Part shown: positions 36,056-45,524 of the stretch, piece after piece
Numbering within the stretch: position 1 is the first letter of the stretch
Layout of the letters: each line of letters opens with the position of its first letter
Assembly: GCA_041501225.1 (NCBI GenBank)
Contig: JBGQNR010000005.1
Coordinates: forward strand, 3,661-67,660
Direction of reading: 5' to 3'
Source: Acidobacteriota bacterium
Lineage (GTDB): Bacteria > Acidobacteriota > UBA6911
Length of the DNA: 64,000 bases
The notes under the pieces: generated by a model
Databases searched by the model: none
Told to the model about the DNA's origin: nothing
The model's input: the letters and a program-made list of their open reading frames with translations, nothing else
Program-made: the position numbers and the translations under genes

Positions 36056-37167
36056 AACCACGCGGAATGATGATCATCCACAACTTTCGTCCCGGCCAGG
36101 TCGGCGGCGCCGAGCTGCAGGCGGAACGCCTATCCGCGCAACTGGTCAAGCTGGGGCATGCGATGCAGATTCTCACCTGGCTTACAGTCCCGGATGCTCC
36201 GCTGGAAGAGACCTGCGAAGGCGTTCAAATTCACCGCGCCCCTTACCGCCTGCCTTACTGGGTCAAGCTTGACAATGCCAACACATTCCGTTACCTCGTA
36301 AAACGCCGGGGAACCTATGAAGTGCTGCACGCACACATGGCATTCGCCCATGCCGTCGTGGCTGTGGTCGTGGCGCGCTGTTTCCGCAAAAAGTGCATCA
36401 TCAAGATTGCGTGCACCGGCGAATATGGCGATCTTTGCACTTTCTCCAAATTCGAGTTGTTCGAAAAGGCATTGCGCATCCTGCACAGGGCCGATGCGGT
36501 TGTCGCGGTCAGCAGCGAAGTAGAACAGGAGTTGCTGCGCTATGGGTTTCCGGCGCAGCGCGTGGTGCGGATTTCCAACGGTGTCGACGCGGCCCATTTC
36601 CAGCGCACGGCACCATTCCCCGATCGCATGAAGATCCGTTTTATCCTGATCGGCCGGCGGCATCCGCAGAAGGGAATCGATACAACCTTGCACGCCGCAC
36701 GCAAGTTGAACCAGGATGGATTCGGCGGCCGCTTTGTTATCGATCTATACGGCATTGATTATCCGGAATATGACTATCGCGCAATGGCCCGGGAGTTGGG
36801 CGTGACGGATGCGGTGCGCTTTTTCCCATTCGAGAAAAATATCCTCGATGTGTATAACTCCGCTCACTGCTTTCTCCTCCCCAGCCGAGGGGAAGGGCTT
36901 TCCAACTCGTTGCTGGAGGCGATGGCGATGGGATTGCCGGTGGTGGCCACCTCGGTCAGCGGTACGCCGGATGTGATCGATGCTGGAGAGAACGGCATTC
37001 TCATTCCATCCGATTCTCCCGATATGCTTGCCGGCGCCATGTCACGCATCATCAGTAATCCGGAGTTGTCGCAACGGCTGGGACAGAACGCAAGACGGAA
37101 GGTTCAAAGCCATTTCTCCCTGGAGAGCGTGGCTTGCCGGTACTCGAAGCTATACGAAGCGCTGTAA
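36052..37167 (+). CDS. glycosyltransferase family 4 (GT-B)
   Basis: MMIIHNFRPGQVGGAELQAERL at the N-terminus and the C-terminal LPSRGEGLSNSLLEAMAMGLPVVATSVSG. Confidence 0.8.
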   Translation: MKPRGMMIIHNFRPGQVGGAELQAERLSAQLVKLGHAMQILTWLTVPDAPLEETCEGVQIHRAPYRLPYWVKLDNANTFRYLVKRRGTYEVLHAHMAFAHAVVAVVVARCFRKKCIIKIACTGEYGDLCTFSKFELFEKALRILHRADAVVAVSSEVEQELLRYGFPAQRVVRISNGVDAAHFQRTAPFPDRMKIRFILIGRRHPQKGIDTTLHAARKLNQDGFGGRFVIDLYGIDYPEYDYRAMARELGVTDAVRFFPFEKNILDVYNSAHCFLLPSRGEGLSNSLLEAMAMGLPVVATSVSGTPDVIDAGENGILIPSDSPDMLAGAMSRIISNPELSQRLGQNARRKVQSHFSLESVACRYSKLYEAL

Positions 37168-37257
37168 ACCGAGGAATTTTGCACTTGCAGGCAGGGAGAA
37201 TCCAGGTTTTAGCAAAAGCCGTGTTCTGAGACGGCTGTCAATTATGGGTGGGGCGTT

Positions 37258-37728
37258 ATGCCAAAACGACGGCTTGTTCATATCCGACACAACGGGGGGT
37301 ATGCCTATAGCGCTGTCACCCGGCGGCCAGGATTGAGTTCGCACCATCATCCTTCATCGGCATCAGTATTAGAGGATGACTTGTCCCTGCCGGGGCCAGC
37401 AAATGCATTACACGATGACATTCGCCATTTGGGTGGCGGCAGATATTCTTTCTGGCATGACGGCGTCTATTTCTCCACTTCGGACAACAGTGATCCACGC
37501 ATCAACGGAAAAACTTACGCTATTCTTTACACTTATGCCCTAGTCCCACGGATCGCCGCCCTGATCCACTATCCATGGCAGCGATGGGGAGTCCAAGTAC
37601 TAAGGCGCGCAACCTGGCTTTTCCGGGCTGACCGGCGGCAGCAGGCGCTCTGGGGGATATTCTATTGGGTGTGCTTTGCAATGGTATTGTCGCGCAAACG
37701 AAAAACGCGCGGCATAACTCTGGATTGA
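37258..37728 (+). CDS. small tail-anchored protein consisting of one recurrent module (A-type) plus C-terminal TM
   Basis: Module aa 11-92, then a hydrophobic ALWGIFYWVCFAMVL near the C-terminus followed by SRKRKTR. Confidence 0.6.
   Translation: MPKRRLVHIRHNGGYAYSAVTRRPGLSSHHHPSSASVLEDDLSLPGPANALHDDIRHLGGGRYSFWHDGVYFSTSDNSDPRINGKTYAILYTYALVPRIAALIHYPWQRWGVQVLRRATWLFRADRRQQALWGIFYWVCFAMVLSRKRKTRGITLD
37288..37533 (+). other. recurrent ~82-aa module, A-type copy (small tail-anchored protein)
   Basis: HNGGYAYSAVTRRPGLSSHHHPSSASVLEDDLSLPGPANALHDDIRHLGGGRYSFWHDGVYFSTSDNSDPRINGKTYAILYT. Confidence 0.7.
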
Positions 37729-37749
37729 TGGGCTAACCGCAAGGTCACC

Positions 37750-38697
37750 ATGGAATATATCCGTTGTCCTTTGTGTGAAGCTGATCGAACCAAGCTGGTC
37801 TTCCGCCGGAAAGACTTCATGCACAAGGTGTCGGAAGAGGAATTTTGCGTGGTCCGGTGCAAAAAGTGCGGACTCGTATACATCAATCCGCGCCCGAGTG
37901 AGGAGGAGATTCACGCCTTCTACCCGAAGGAGTTTTACACCGTCCATTTGAATGCCGAGACACTGCTGGAGGAGAAAAAAGGGCAGCTGGGTCTGAAGTA
38001 TCAGTATGTGAAGGACCTGCGGCCGGGAAGGTTGCTGGATGTGGGATGCATGAAAGGCGAGTTCATGTACTACATGCAACAGCGAGGGTGGAAGGTCCAG
38101 GGGATCGATTTTTCCACCAAACCGCCGAATGTTTTCGGCCTCGACATCTTTTATGGAGACCTGGAGGCAGCGGGATATGAGGAGAGTTCATTTGATCTGA
38201 TCACATTATGGGCCGTGCTTGAACATGTGTACCAACCACGGAAAATCTTGTCCGAGGTGCACAAATTACTGAAACCAAGTGGTATGACGATCGTGTTGGT
38301 CACCAATTTCCGCAGCCTGCCGGGGCGGTTTATGCGGCACGACGATATTCCCCGCCATACGACTCTGTTCACGAAACACACATTGACAAAAACCTTGCGA
38401 TCGTGCGGATTCAGACCGATGAGCTTCCATTTCAACTGCGACTTGTTTGGCGGCAACAACCGGGGCATGCTCAATTACCTGGTCAAGATCGCCGCCGGCG
38501 AACGCATTGGGGATATCGTGGCGCAAAACCGGCAGGTAGCGCGTTGGCACGAATTCTCCAGCCAGCTGCGTGGCCGGCCGTCCCCGTGGATGCTGAAGGT
38601 AGATGCCAAGGATCAATTATTGATGCCGCATCTGGATCGCTGGATGGACCGATTGCATTGCGGTTTCATAATGATCGCCAAGGCGACCAGGGATTGA
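37750..38697 (+). CDS. class I SAM-dependent methyltransferase with N-terminal Cys4 zinc-ribbon-like motif
   Basis: CPLCEADRT...VRCKKCGLVYINP, then LLDVGCMKGEF (motif I) and FDLITLWAVLEHVYQP. Confidence 0.8.
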   Translation: MEYIRCPLCEADRTKLVFRRKDFMHKVSEEEFCVVRCKKCGLVYINPRPSEEEIHAFYPKEFYTVHLNAETLLEEKKGQLGLKYQYVKDLRPGRLLDVGCMKGEFMYYMQQRGWKVQGIDFSTKPPNVFGLDIFYGDLEAAGYEESSFDLITLWAVLEHVYQPRKILSEVHKLLKPSGMTIVLVTNFRSLPGRFMRHDDIPRHTTLFTKHTLTKTLRSCGFRPMSFHFNCDLFGGNNRGMLNYLVKIAAGERIGDIVAQNRQVARWHEFSSQLRGRPSPWMLKVDAKDQLLMPHLDRWMDRLHCGFIMIAKATRD

Positions 38698-38805
38698 TCT
38701 CACCAGTTTCCGCTCCGCGATGATATAATAGTATGATTTTTGTCCCCGAATCTGCGGGGAGTGTCAGTTTTGCTGCGGCGCATCGACAGGAGCTCGGAAA
38801 AGCCA

Positions 38806-39858
38806 ATGCATATGGATTCCACAAACCCGGTGTGCCTGGTTTTGAAGAGGGATTGGAGTCTCGAAACCGCAGACGAAATCCGGAGTATTGATTTCTTTGA
38901 TCCGCTGTTCGGCGATTACCGCAAAACCGTCAATCCGGCCAGACCGGACATCTGTGGCCATACGCTCGTATTTCCCTCGGCGGGAGAATACTACCTTCGG
39001 ATCAACGAGACCCGCTTTGCTAAAGTATTGGTGATTCCCGCGGAGGAATGCCTGTCGAGCAGCGTCCTGAGGGTTTTTGATTTCTGCATCGCCAACATGT
39101 GTGCAACGGGGAAGGACGAAGAGCGTTATGCCGCCGACCCTCTCGCGACCGTCGCGGACTGGTTTCGCAACCGATCGCCCCTTACGCTCTATTGTTCCTC
39201 GGCCCATGAAGTCTTCAGGACGATCCTGGTTAATGTGTTTGCCCTACCGACACGCCGCGTGATGTTGCCGGGAACAGGACGAATTAACCGAAAAGTATAC
39301 CGGGTTATCCACCATGTCTTGGAGGTGTACTTGCCGGACCTCGGCAAGTGGGTGCTTTTTGATCTGCCCAATCGCTTTGTAATCCGGTGGCTGGATGCTT
39401 TCCAGATCGTTGACTTTGTGCGGCAGAACACATTGCAGACGCCTCTGGGCACGGGATATGTCAAATCGGAGGCCCTCACTTCGCTGGACATATACAACGG
39501 CGGTGTAATATCTCTCTTGCCGAAAGGCTACGATGGTAATGGGGACTTGGGGCAGGGATCGACGGATCTGAGCGGCCTTCCGGTTTCCTATAATTGGGTC
39601 AATATCTTCAAGTATTACTACGGCGGGGTGGCCTACTTGGGTGCTGACTCCAGAGTTTGCGAATGTGAACCACCCAATTTCTGGCCCTCCTGTGTATTTG
39701 CATCCAGGCATACCGATCTGAAACTACATCAGGTCACATTGAAGTGGATCGAAGGGAATGGATGCCGGGTTCAGGTTGTATCCCAGGAAGAACTCCAGAG
39801 GCGGCTGAACGGCGCATTCCGCGAAACAGTCGCTGCAAAGTCCTGGCTCGAAAAATGA
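38806..39858 (+). CDS. transglutaminase-like (Cys-His-Asp) superfamily protein
   Basis: LTLYCSSAHEVFRTILVNVFALPTRRVML...VIHHVLEVYLPDLGKWVLFDLPN fits the transglutaminase-core spacing (C....GxPxRxV ... HxWxEVY...xW..xD). The ATG at 38806 has aggag upstream. Confidence 0.5.
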   Translation: MHMDSTNPVCLVLKRDWSLETADEIRSIDFFDPLFGDYRKTVNPARPDICGHTLVFPSAGEYYLRINETRFAKVLVIPAEECLSSSVLRVFDFCIANMCATGKDEERYAADPLATVADWFRNRSPLTLYCSSAHEVFRTILVNVFALPTRRVMLPGTGRINRKVYRVIHHVLEVYLPDLGKWVLFDLPNRFVIRWLDAFQIVDFVRQNTLQTPLGTGYVKSEALTSLDIYNGGVISLLPKGYDGNGDLGQGSTDLSGLPVSYNWVNIFKYYYGGVAYLGADSRVCECEPPNFWPSCVFASRHTDLKLHQVTLKWIEGNGCRVQVVSQEELQRRLNGAFRETVAAKSWLEK

Positions 39859-39945
39859 AAAGGATCGTATGAGCCGGGGGTGCATGCCCGAGGTTACCTT
39901 CCTGCGCGACTAGCTTTCCGCTCTCGAAAGGGAGCGCCCGACTTT

Positions 39946-41130
39946 TCAGATTTCGTAACGGATGGAATAGGCCCTGCCGTTAGTGTTTGGATCGCTGTTG
40001 TCCGATGTGGAAAACAGCAATGCGTCATTCCAATGGCTGTATCGCCCATGACCGCCGCGGGAGATCCAATCATGCAGCGAATGAGCGTAGTCCAGCATCT
40101 GGCCATTCTCGAAGAGGCGCAGGGATGACTTCCTCTGATCGGAGACTGAATCGGCGATGGATTGGAGATGCGGCAGGGGAAAGGACCAGCACGAACCCGC
40201 CTGCCTTTGGAAGGGACCGGGCAGAGGTTCGGTCCTCCGATTCTTGAGTATGGCATCCCAGTAATTCCTTGCCGAAGCCGGTCTAAGGATGAATTCCGTA
40301 TTCCCCTCTCCCGTGTGCATGTCGAGCAGGTCGAGTTTGAGCCGTTCCGTGGCGAACCGGAGAAAATCGTACTCTTTGACAAATTCCATCGGCCACCCTC
40401 CCAGCCAATCCCGCATATCTGTCCAGATTTCCATGCCACGAGAAGCGATATAGGCCTTGGCTAGCCTGGGGAAGCCGATCAGATTTCGAAGGCAACGAAT
40501 CGGATTGGGGTGATGGACGTATGTCTTCCACATGTAGCGGTACTCCATCAGCGATTTTCCCCATCGTGAGGCTTGATTGTACTTTTTCTTGATCGACAGC
40601 CATTGCTCCGGGCTGGCCCCCCCCGAGAAGCTCCCGTTCTGATAGGAGGTATAGCTGTAGAGAGCCACAAAAAAAATGCCTTCCGGTTTCAATGGGATCC
40701 GGGCATTCTCTATGGCTTTCCACATGTCGCCCGTGTGATGCAGCACGCCCCAGGAATAAACGACGTCGGCCGGTGCCAGGGATTTCATGAAAGCGTCATC
40801 CAGCACCGAGCCCTGCAGGATGGTCCACTGGGGCGGATTGCCATGCATCTCCTTCAGGTAGCGCGAAGTGGCCACCGAATCGGGATCATAATCGAAGCTC
40901 AGGACGGAGGAGGCTCCCGACTGGAGAGCGGCCAGGGAATGCAACCCGCTGCCGCAGCCGATATCCAGGAAGGACATGTCCCTGAGATGCTCGCGGCGAA
41001 GGGTTCCTAGAAGCCTCGTCCTTGCGACTTCGAGCCGTTCCGGAGACAACTGGGATTGAATAAAGCGGCTCCAATTCTCGCCAAAACGATAACGCATCTC
41101 TTCATTCTGCATGCCGGGTTCCTCGATCAT
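39946..41130 (-). CDS. class I SAM-dependent methyltransferase with C-terminal recurrent module (B-type)
   Basis: FLDIGCGSGLHSLAALQSGA..VLSFDYDPDSV (motif I/II), GVLHHTGDMW, and DWLGGWPMEF. The last 85 aa are the module. The start is uncertain (41130 or 41112). Confidence 0.8.
   Translation of the reverse strand: MIEEPGMQNEEMRYRFGENWSRFIQSQLSPERLEVARTRLLGTLRREHLRDMSFLDIGCGSGLHSLAALQSGASSVLSFDYDPDSVATSRYLKEMHGNPPQWTILQGSVLDDAFMKSLAPADVVYSWGVLHHTGDMWKAIENARIPLKPEGIFFVALYSYTSYQNGSFSGGASPEQWLSIKKKYNQASRWGKSLMEYRYMWKTYVHHPNPIRCLRNLIGFPRLAKAYIASRGMEIWTDMRDWLGGWPMEFVKEYDFLRFATERLKLDLLDMHTGEGNTEFILRPASARNYWDAILKNRRTEPLPGPFQRQAGSCWSFPLPHLQSIADSVSDQRKSSLRLFENGQMLDYAHSLHDWISRGGHGRYSHWNDALLFSTSDNSDPNTNGRAYSIRYEI
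39949..40203 (-). other. recurrent ~82-aa module, B-type copy (C-terminus of methyltransferase)
   Basis: QAGSCWSFPLPHLQSIADSVSDQRKSSLRLFENGQMLDYAHSLHDWISRGGHGRYSHWNDALLFSTSDNSDPNTNGRAYSIRYEI*. Confidence 0.7.
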
Positions 41131-41225
41131 CCGCAGCACGGATGATGGATGCAATCGGCCCGAACCGCACCGTATCTGCCATCGGCCGGCAGCTTGGCCC
41201 TCGTGATGGGCGCGCGGAGAGCGGA

Positions 41226-42551
41226 TCAAACCAATGCCAACAGGATCTTTTCATAGCGCTCGACAAGAACATCCTTATCGTGGTTTTGCTTTACGTACTG
41301 CACAGCCTGACGGCTCAGGGCTTCGTACTCGGCGGAAGCCTCCATCAGGCGGCTCACGGCCTCTCTGAACTGTTGCAGGTTTCCCCCGCACACCAAGCCG
41401 CTGCCGTACTGGGATAGCATGGAGCCGGGATCCACCTGCAGGGAAATCGTCGGGACCCCATATTTGGCGGCTTGGAGGAAAGTGTTGGGAAACCCCTCGA
41501 AGACGGACGTATTGATGTGCAACCTGGCGTCTGCGAAATAGGATTCGATCCGGGAGAATGGGACCCGCTCCACCAGCGTGACGTTAGGGAGCCCTCGGAT
41601 CTGCTTGACGCACATTTCGTGTGTTGCCTGCACCGCCGGATTCATGATGACCACAAACTGATATTGCGGCAAAGCGCGCGCCAGATCCAAAACGAGGGAG
41701 GGTCGCTTGATCCGTTCATCGGATTTGCCGACCCACAGGATGGTGCGTGGCTGCGGGTTTCGTGGAAATCTGGGCTTCGTGTCGATCGGATTGGGAATGA
41801 CGTCGGCGCTCCGCTGGTACACGTCCCGGAGCATCGCAGCCTGGCGCTGATTTTGCACGATATGGGCAGCGGCTTTTTCGATGGAATACAGCTTCAATAC
41901 ATGGGGAACTCCATACATGTCCGATTGTTCGGGATGAAGCTTATATTCCGGAAAGTAATCAAAATCGGAACCGGACAGGAAAACAAACTTCCGGCCGCGT
42001 TCTGCGCAAAAAAATGCGACCTCCGCCGAAAACTGGGAGTTCCCGGGCACCATGTAGATGTCGGCGTTCACCCTGTCATAAATGGAGATCATTTCGGGAG
42101 TGATAACGTACGGGCCCACCTTTCCCTGAAGCGGCCCTGGGCCGACTGGACCCGCCGATCGCCGACGAATCAATCGCATCAGCCTTTCGTGTAGATGGGA
42201 CCGCTCCTGAGACTCGGATGCAGAAGTTTCCTCCGGAGGTTTTTCACGAACCGGGATGCCCCAGATTTGCCTTCCGGTCCAGGAATGGAACGTGATGCCG
42301 TCGATTTGTTCGATAGGATCCTGGCCGTGATCGCCCACGACAAGGGAAACCTTCAAGCGTCCGCGCCGCGCCAGTTCCCGCGCGATGACCGCGATTCGGA
42401 CCTCCCACCCCCCGAAATGGGTCTGGCAGTCCGGCTGAAACAGGGGATAGTTCCACGGGCTCGTGATGCAGAGATGCGGTTGTCGAGTCATGTGTGCCAT
42501 CCCAAGGAAGGTGGAGGAAACGAGACATCCATTGTCGTCGATGGTATGCAT
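41226..42551 (-). CDS. glycosyltransferase family 4-like, paralog of 61395..62828
   Basis: NYPLFQPDCQTHFGGWEVRIAVIARELARRG...ILWVGKSDERIKRP...NTSVFEGFPNTFLQAAKYGVPTISL. The start is uncertain: the track start at 42572 is TTG, with ATGs at 42551/42500/42491. Confidence 0.75.
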   Translation of the reverse strand: MHTIDDNGCLVSSTFLGMAHMTRQPHLCITSPWNYPLFQPDCQTHFGGWEVRIAVIARELARRGRLKVSLVVGDHGQDPIEQIDGITFHSWTGRQIWGIPVREKPPEETSASESQERSHLHERLMRLIRRRSAGPVGPGPLQGKVGPYVITPEMISIYDRVNADIYMVPGNSQFSAEVAFFCAERGRKFVFLSGSDFDYFPEYKLHPEQSDMYGVPHVLKLYSIEKAAAHIVQNQRQAAMLRDVYQRSADVIPNPIDTKPRFPRNPQPRTILWVGKSDERIKRPSLVLDLARALPQYQFVVIMNPAVQATHEMCVKQIRGLPNVTLVERVPFSRIESYFADARLHINTSVFEGFPNTFLQAAKYGVPTISLQVDPGSMLSQYGSGLVCGGNLQQFREAVSRLMEASAEYEALSRQAVQYVKQNHDKDVLVERYEKILLALV

Positions 42552-42643
42552 GGATTTGGAATCCGGCGCCAACCGAATCGAATCCTATCTTCGACTCAAC
42601 TCTACCTCCAACCGGCAAGGATGCGCTTTGTACATGTCACTGT

Positions 42644-43351
42644 TTAATGGCTACGACGGGAAGGGCCGTGATCGTCGGTACGGTTGGAGAAGCGCTCTCC
42701 GAGAATCGTGGTGACCAGCTGGGCGGCGGCCCGCATTTTCGGTACTTTGACTGCGCCGCCGACTCTGGGAGGCTCATCTCCCGGGATCTCCACAATTCTC
42801 AGCCCTTTCTTCACCGCCCGTAACAAGAGGATCTGTCCCCAAGTGCGAAGGTTATTGTCGATCTTCAGATCCTCGATGACATCCCTCTTAAAGGCAAGAT
42901 AGGTGTACAGGAAGTCGGTGAATCGAAACATCCGGCCGAAAAACAGGTTTGCCATGCCATTGAATACACGGTTTCCCATGCCAGTGAAAAAGGTGTCGTC
43001 GTAACTTTTCGCGCCATAGCCGTACCGGGTGACATTGACAATGTCGTATCCCTCCCGGATCTTCTGGACCATCATGGGGATTCGGTCCGGGAGAAAGCTG
43101 CCGTCGGGCGCATAAATAATGACCACATCGCCTGAAACCTTTCGGACGGCTTCGTTCAGAGCTCCGCCCACCCCCTTCTGAGTCTGCACAAAAAGGGGGT
43201 AACCGTTTTCGCGGGCATATTCGATAGTGCCATCGGTGGACCCCCCATCCACGATGATGAGCTCCTCGTACCATTCCTTTTCGATAAGTGGCATGGTCGC
43301 GCGCATTCCCGCGATTTCGTTGATCTCGAAGACAATGATCGATATCTTCAT
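42644..43351 (-). CDS. glycosyltransferase family 2 (polyprenyl-phosphate sugar synthase-like, soluble)
   Basis: MKISIIVFEINE...ELIIVDGGSTDGT...VVIIYAPDGSFLPDRIP has the typical GT2 DxD/DGS architecture of DPM1/GtrB/ArnC-like enzymes. Confidence 0.75.
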   Translation of the reverse strand: MKISIIVFEINEIAGMRATMPLIEKEWYEELIIVDGGSTDGTIEYARENGYPLFVQTQKGVGGALNEAVRKVSGDVVIIYAPDGSFLPDRIPMMVQKIREGYDIVNVTRYGYGAKSYDDTFFTGMGNRVFNGMANLFFGRMFRFTDFLYTYLAFKRDVIEDLKIDNNLRTWGQILLLRAVKKGLRIVEIPGDEPPRVGGAVKVPKMRAAAQLVTTILGERFSNRTDDHGPSRRSH

Positions 43352-43393
43352 TTCACCACCAGCCGATTAGTTAATTTCTGATTTGCGAAGCCA

Positions 43394-44374
43394 TCACTTC
43401 CCGGGCGCCCAGACTATATATGAGTAGGGATCGTCGTATAGATTGCCGAACATCTGCCTGTGGATCTTCAAGATCCGGATGGCTCCCCTGGACTCCAGCT
43501 CCTGCAGGCTTGCGAGATATCCGCGCAGGTAATTGCGCCTCCTGTGATATAGCCATGCCAGATAATCTACGAGGTCCTCGGGGTTGTACAGTTCGAAAAT
43601 GCCGACCACGTCGATGCAGATTTGCGGCTTTTTCCTCAGGAGGAAATCGAGGAACTTTTCGTGCTCCACCCCCAGCTGTTCCAGAGCCCCGAATGTGAAA
43701 ACTGCACTTCCCGGGCTGAACCCCAGCGTCTCGTCGGGATCGAAGAAATTGAACCGGCCCCCGCGAATCTTCATTCCGAACTGGCTTCCGATCAGTTGGA
43801 GAATCCTTTCCGAGGAGTAGGCCCAATCGAAACCATACAGGGACTTCTCAGGGTAAAGTGAGGCGAGGTGAACGAGATTGTGGCCGGTTCCGCACCCGAA
43901 TTCATACACCGATTCGAATTCACGGAAGTATTCTTTGAAGAGCCACTCCCGGAATATCTGGGTGTACTTGTACACAAAGTCGCATTGCGCCGGCAACACG
44001 TATTCACGGTTCAACCGGATCGGGACGTTACTCTTGTAGTACTTGGGGATAAGCTTGCTGAGATCGAAATTGGCCCCGACAAACTCCTCCAGATTCTGTT
44101 TCCACCCGTCTTCCCAATCTCCTTTCCGGTGATCCCCGGCATTCTTGAGATCGGGCGCGTGGATTCGTTTCAGAATTTGCAATATCAGCTGGTCCCGATC
44201 GCTGCCTTGGATAATGCCGTATCCCGGATCGATAGCGTCGATCAGAAAACCGGCACTTTGGCGGATTTTTTCTTCCGTCGTTCCGAAGAGCGCAGCGAAA
44301 TCCTCGTCCTTCAGTTGGCGGCGTTCAGTTGTCACTTGATTCATGGAATTTTGCATGGGCATGGGGATTATCAA
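43394..44374 (-). CDS. SAM-dependent methyltransferase (class I core in the C-terminal half)
   Basis: VYEFGCGTGHNLVHLASLYPEKSLYGFDWAYSS (motif I) and AVFTFGALEQLG. The track start is TTG, and the ATGs at codons 5/7/11 are alternatives. Confidence 0.7.
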   Translation of the reverse strand: MIIPMPMQNSMNQVTTERRQLKDEDFAALFGTTEEKIRQSAGFLIDAIDPGYGIIQGSDRDQLILQILKRIHAPDLKNAGDHRKGDWEDGWKQNLEEFVGANFDLSKLIPKYYKSNVPIRLNREYVLPAQCDFVYKYTQIFREWLFKEYFREFESVYEFGCGTGHNLVHLASLYPEKSLYGFDWAYSSERILQLIGSQFGMKIRGGRFNFFDPDETLGFSPGSAVFTFGALEQLGVEHEKFLDFLLRKKPQICIDVVGIFELYNPEDLVDYLAWLYHRRRNYLRGYLASLQELESRGAIRILKIHRQMFGNLYDDPYSYIVWAPGK

Positions 44375-44375
44375 A

Positions 44376-45503
44376 TCAAGGGGTCCAATCTACGAAGGTC
44401 CGCAGAATTCGCGCCAACATGGTGAGGCGAGTCTGCTCTCCGGCGATCAACCGGGAGAGTTGCCGAATGCTGGTTTCGTGATGTTCGCAGACATCATCGG
44501 GGAAAAGGAACGGGCCAAAGGCATGCTCGAACATGGACAGGATCTCCGCCCAAAAAATGAATTCGTTCCGCGCGCCGGTATCCGCACGCAGTCTGGCATA
44601 GTCCGCTTTGACGGCATGAGCGAGGAGATAGCACAAAGTCAGGCTGTCGAGCACGGTGATGTTCTCTTCCGGAACGCCGCGTTTCCGTAGACTCTCAGGG
44701 GATTCGCCTCCAGGGTGCGGGCTGGCAATATATTGGGTGCCGGGATTACAAACCCGATCCACTGGAATAGCCGCCAGGGTTCCATCGGCATGCAGAATGT
44801 GATCGAGCAGGAGGACGAGTCGAGGATCCGCTACGACTGAGGCGTGACTGTGGTTGGCATCCCGGATTCCAACAATGTGTCTGCCTATGGCTTTGAGGGT
44901 ATGCGCGCATGCGTTTGCGCTGAGCGAGGCCGTCCTGGGCGCCTCCAGAATTCCGTACGCCAGTTTATATTTGTGATGAAAGTGCAGCATAAAACCATGC
45001 GCCAGAATGGTCTCTACCGCGACGCGAATCGCTAAATGCACGATGCCGCCGCGTTCCACGGGATCAAAATCATGAATGGCGACGGTCCCCCCGGGGCGAA
45101 GGAAGGGTGCCCAGGCGTTCCAATCTCCAACCACACCATCCAGCGTATGATCCCCATCTATGAAAAGGAAATCGATGGGAGGCGCAGAACTAAGGCCCCA
45201 TGTTTCGGCGAAGGCTCTGGATGGCTGGGCAATGCTGATGACCCCTGTCCCTTCAAGGGTCGCAAGCGCTTCGCGGGAGGGGGAGACGTCGACCGTGTAG
45301 ATTTGAATCCGCCTGCCTTCAACGGCGCGATGCATAAGCCAGGCGCTGCCGCCGTCGGCAGTGCCGATTTCGACAATCGTGCCACCGTCGGGAACGGATG
45401 CCGCGACACCGGACAAGATTTCATACTCCTCTTTCCACAGTTGGGTCTGAGGAATTTTGTGATCGATCAAGAAGTGCTCCCACGACAAGGATGGAAAGGG
45501 CAT
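44376..45503 (-). CDS. class I methyltransferase (Methyltransf_24/CmcI-like) with C-terminal extension
   Basis: TIVEIGTADGGSAWLMHRA...IYTVDVSPS...IDFLFIDGDHTLDGVVGDWNAWAPFLRPGGTVAIHDF. Confidence 0.75.
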   Translation of the reverse strand: MPFPSLSWEHFLIDHKIPQTQLWKEEYEILSGVAASVPDGGTIVEIGTADGGSAWLMHRAVEGRRIQIYTVDVSPSREALATLEGTGVISIAQPSRAFAETWGLSSAPPIDFLFIDGDHTLDGVVGDWNAWAPFLRPGGTVAIHDFDPVERGGIVHLAIRVAVETILAHGFMLHFHHKYKLAYGILEAPRTASLSANACAHTLKAIGRHIVGIRDANHSHASVVADPRLVLLLDHILHADGTLAAIPVDRVCNPGTQYIASPHPGGESPESLRKRGVPEENITVLDSLTLCYLLAHAVKADYARLRADTGARNEFIFWAEILSMFEHAFGPFLFPDDVCEHHETSIRQLSRLIAGEQTRLTMLARILRTFVDWTP

Positions 45504-45524
45504 ACCTCCATCGGCAGTGTAAAA

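Noticed and set aside
34127-39858. Lasso-peptide (RiPP) cluster, suggested by an AsnB-like enzyme plus a transglutaminase-like protein plus an ABC transporter
   Set aside because: Both AsnB homologues keep the N-terminal Cys glutaminase nucleophile typical of true amidotransferases. No PqqD/RRE-like gene or short precursor ORF was seen. The ABC system is of the Wzm/Wzt glycan type, and the surrounding genes are all sugar-related.
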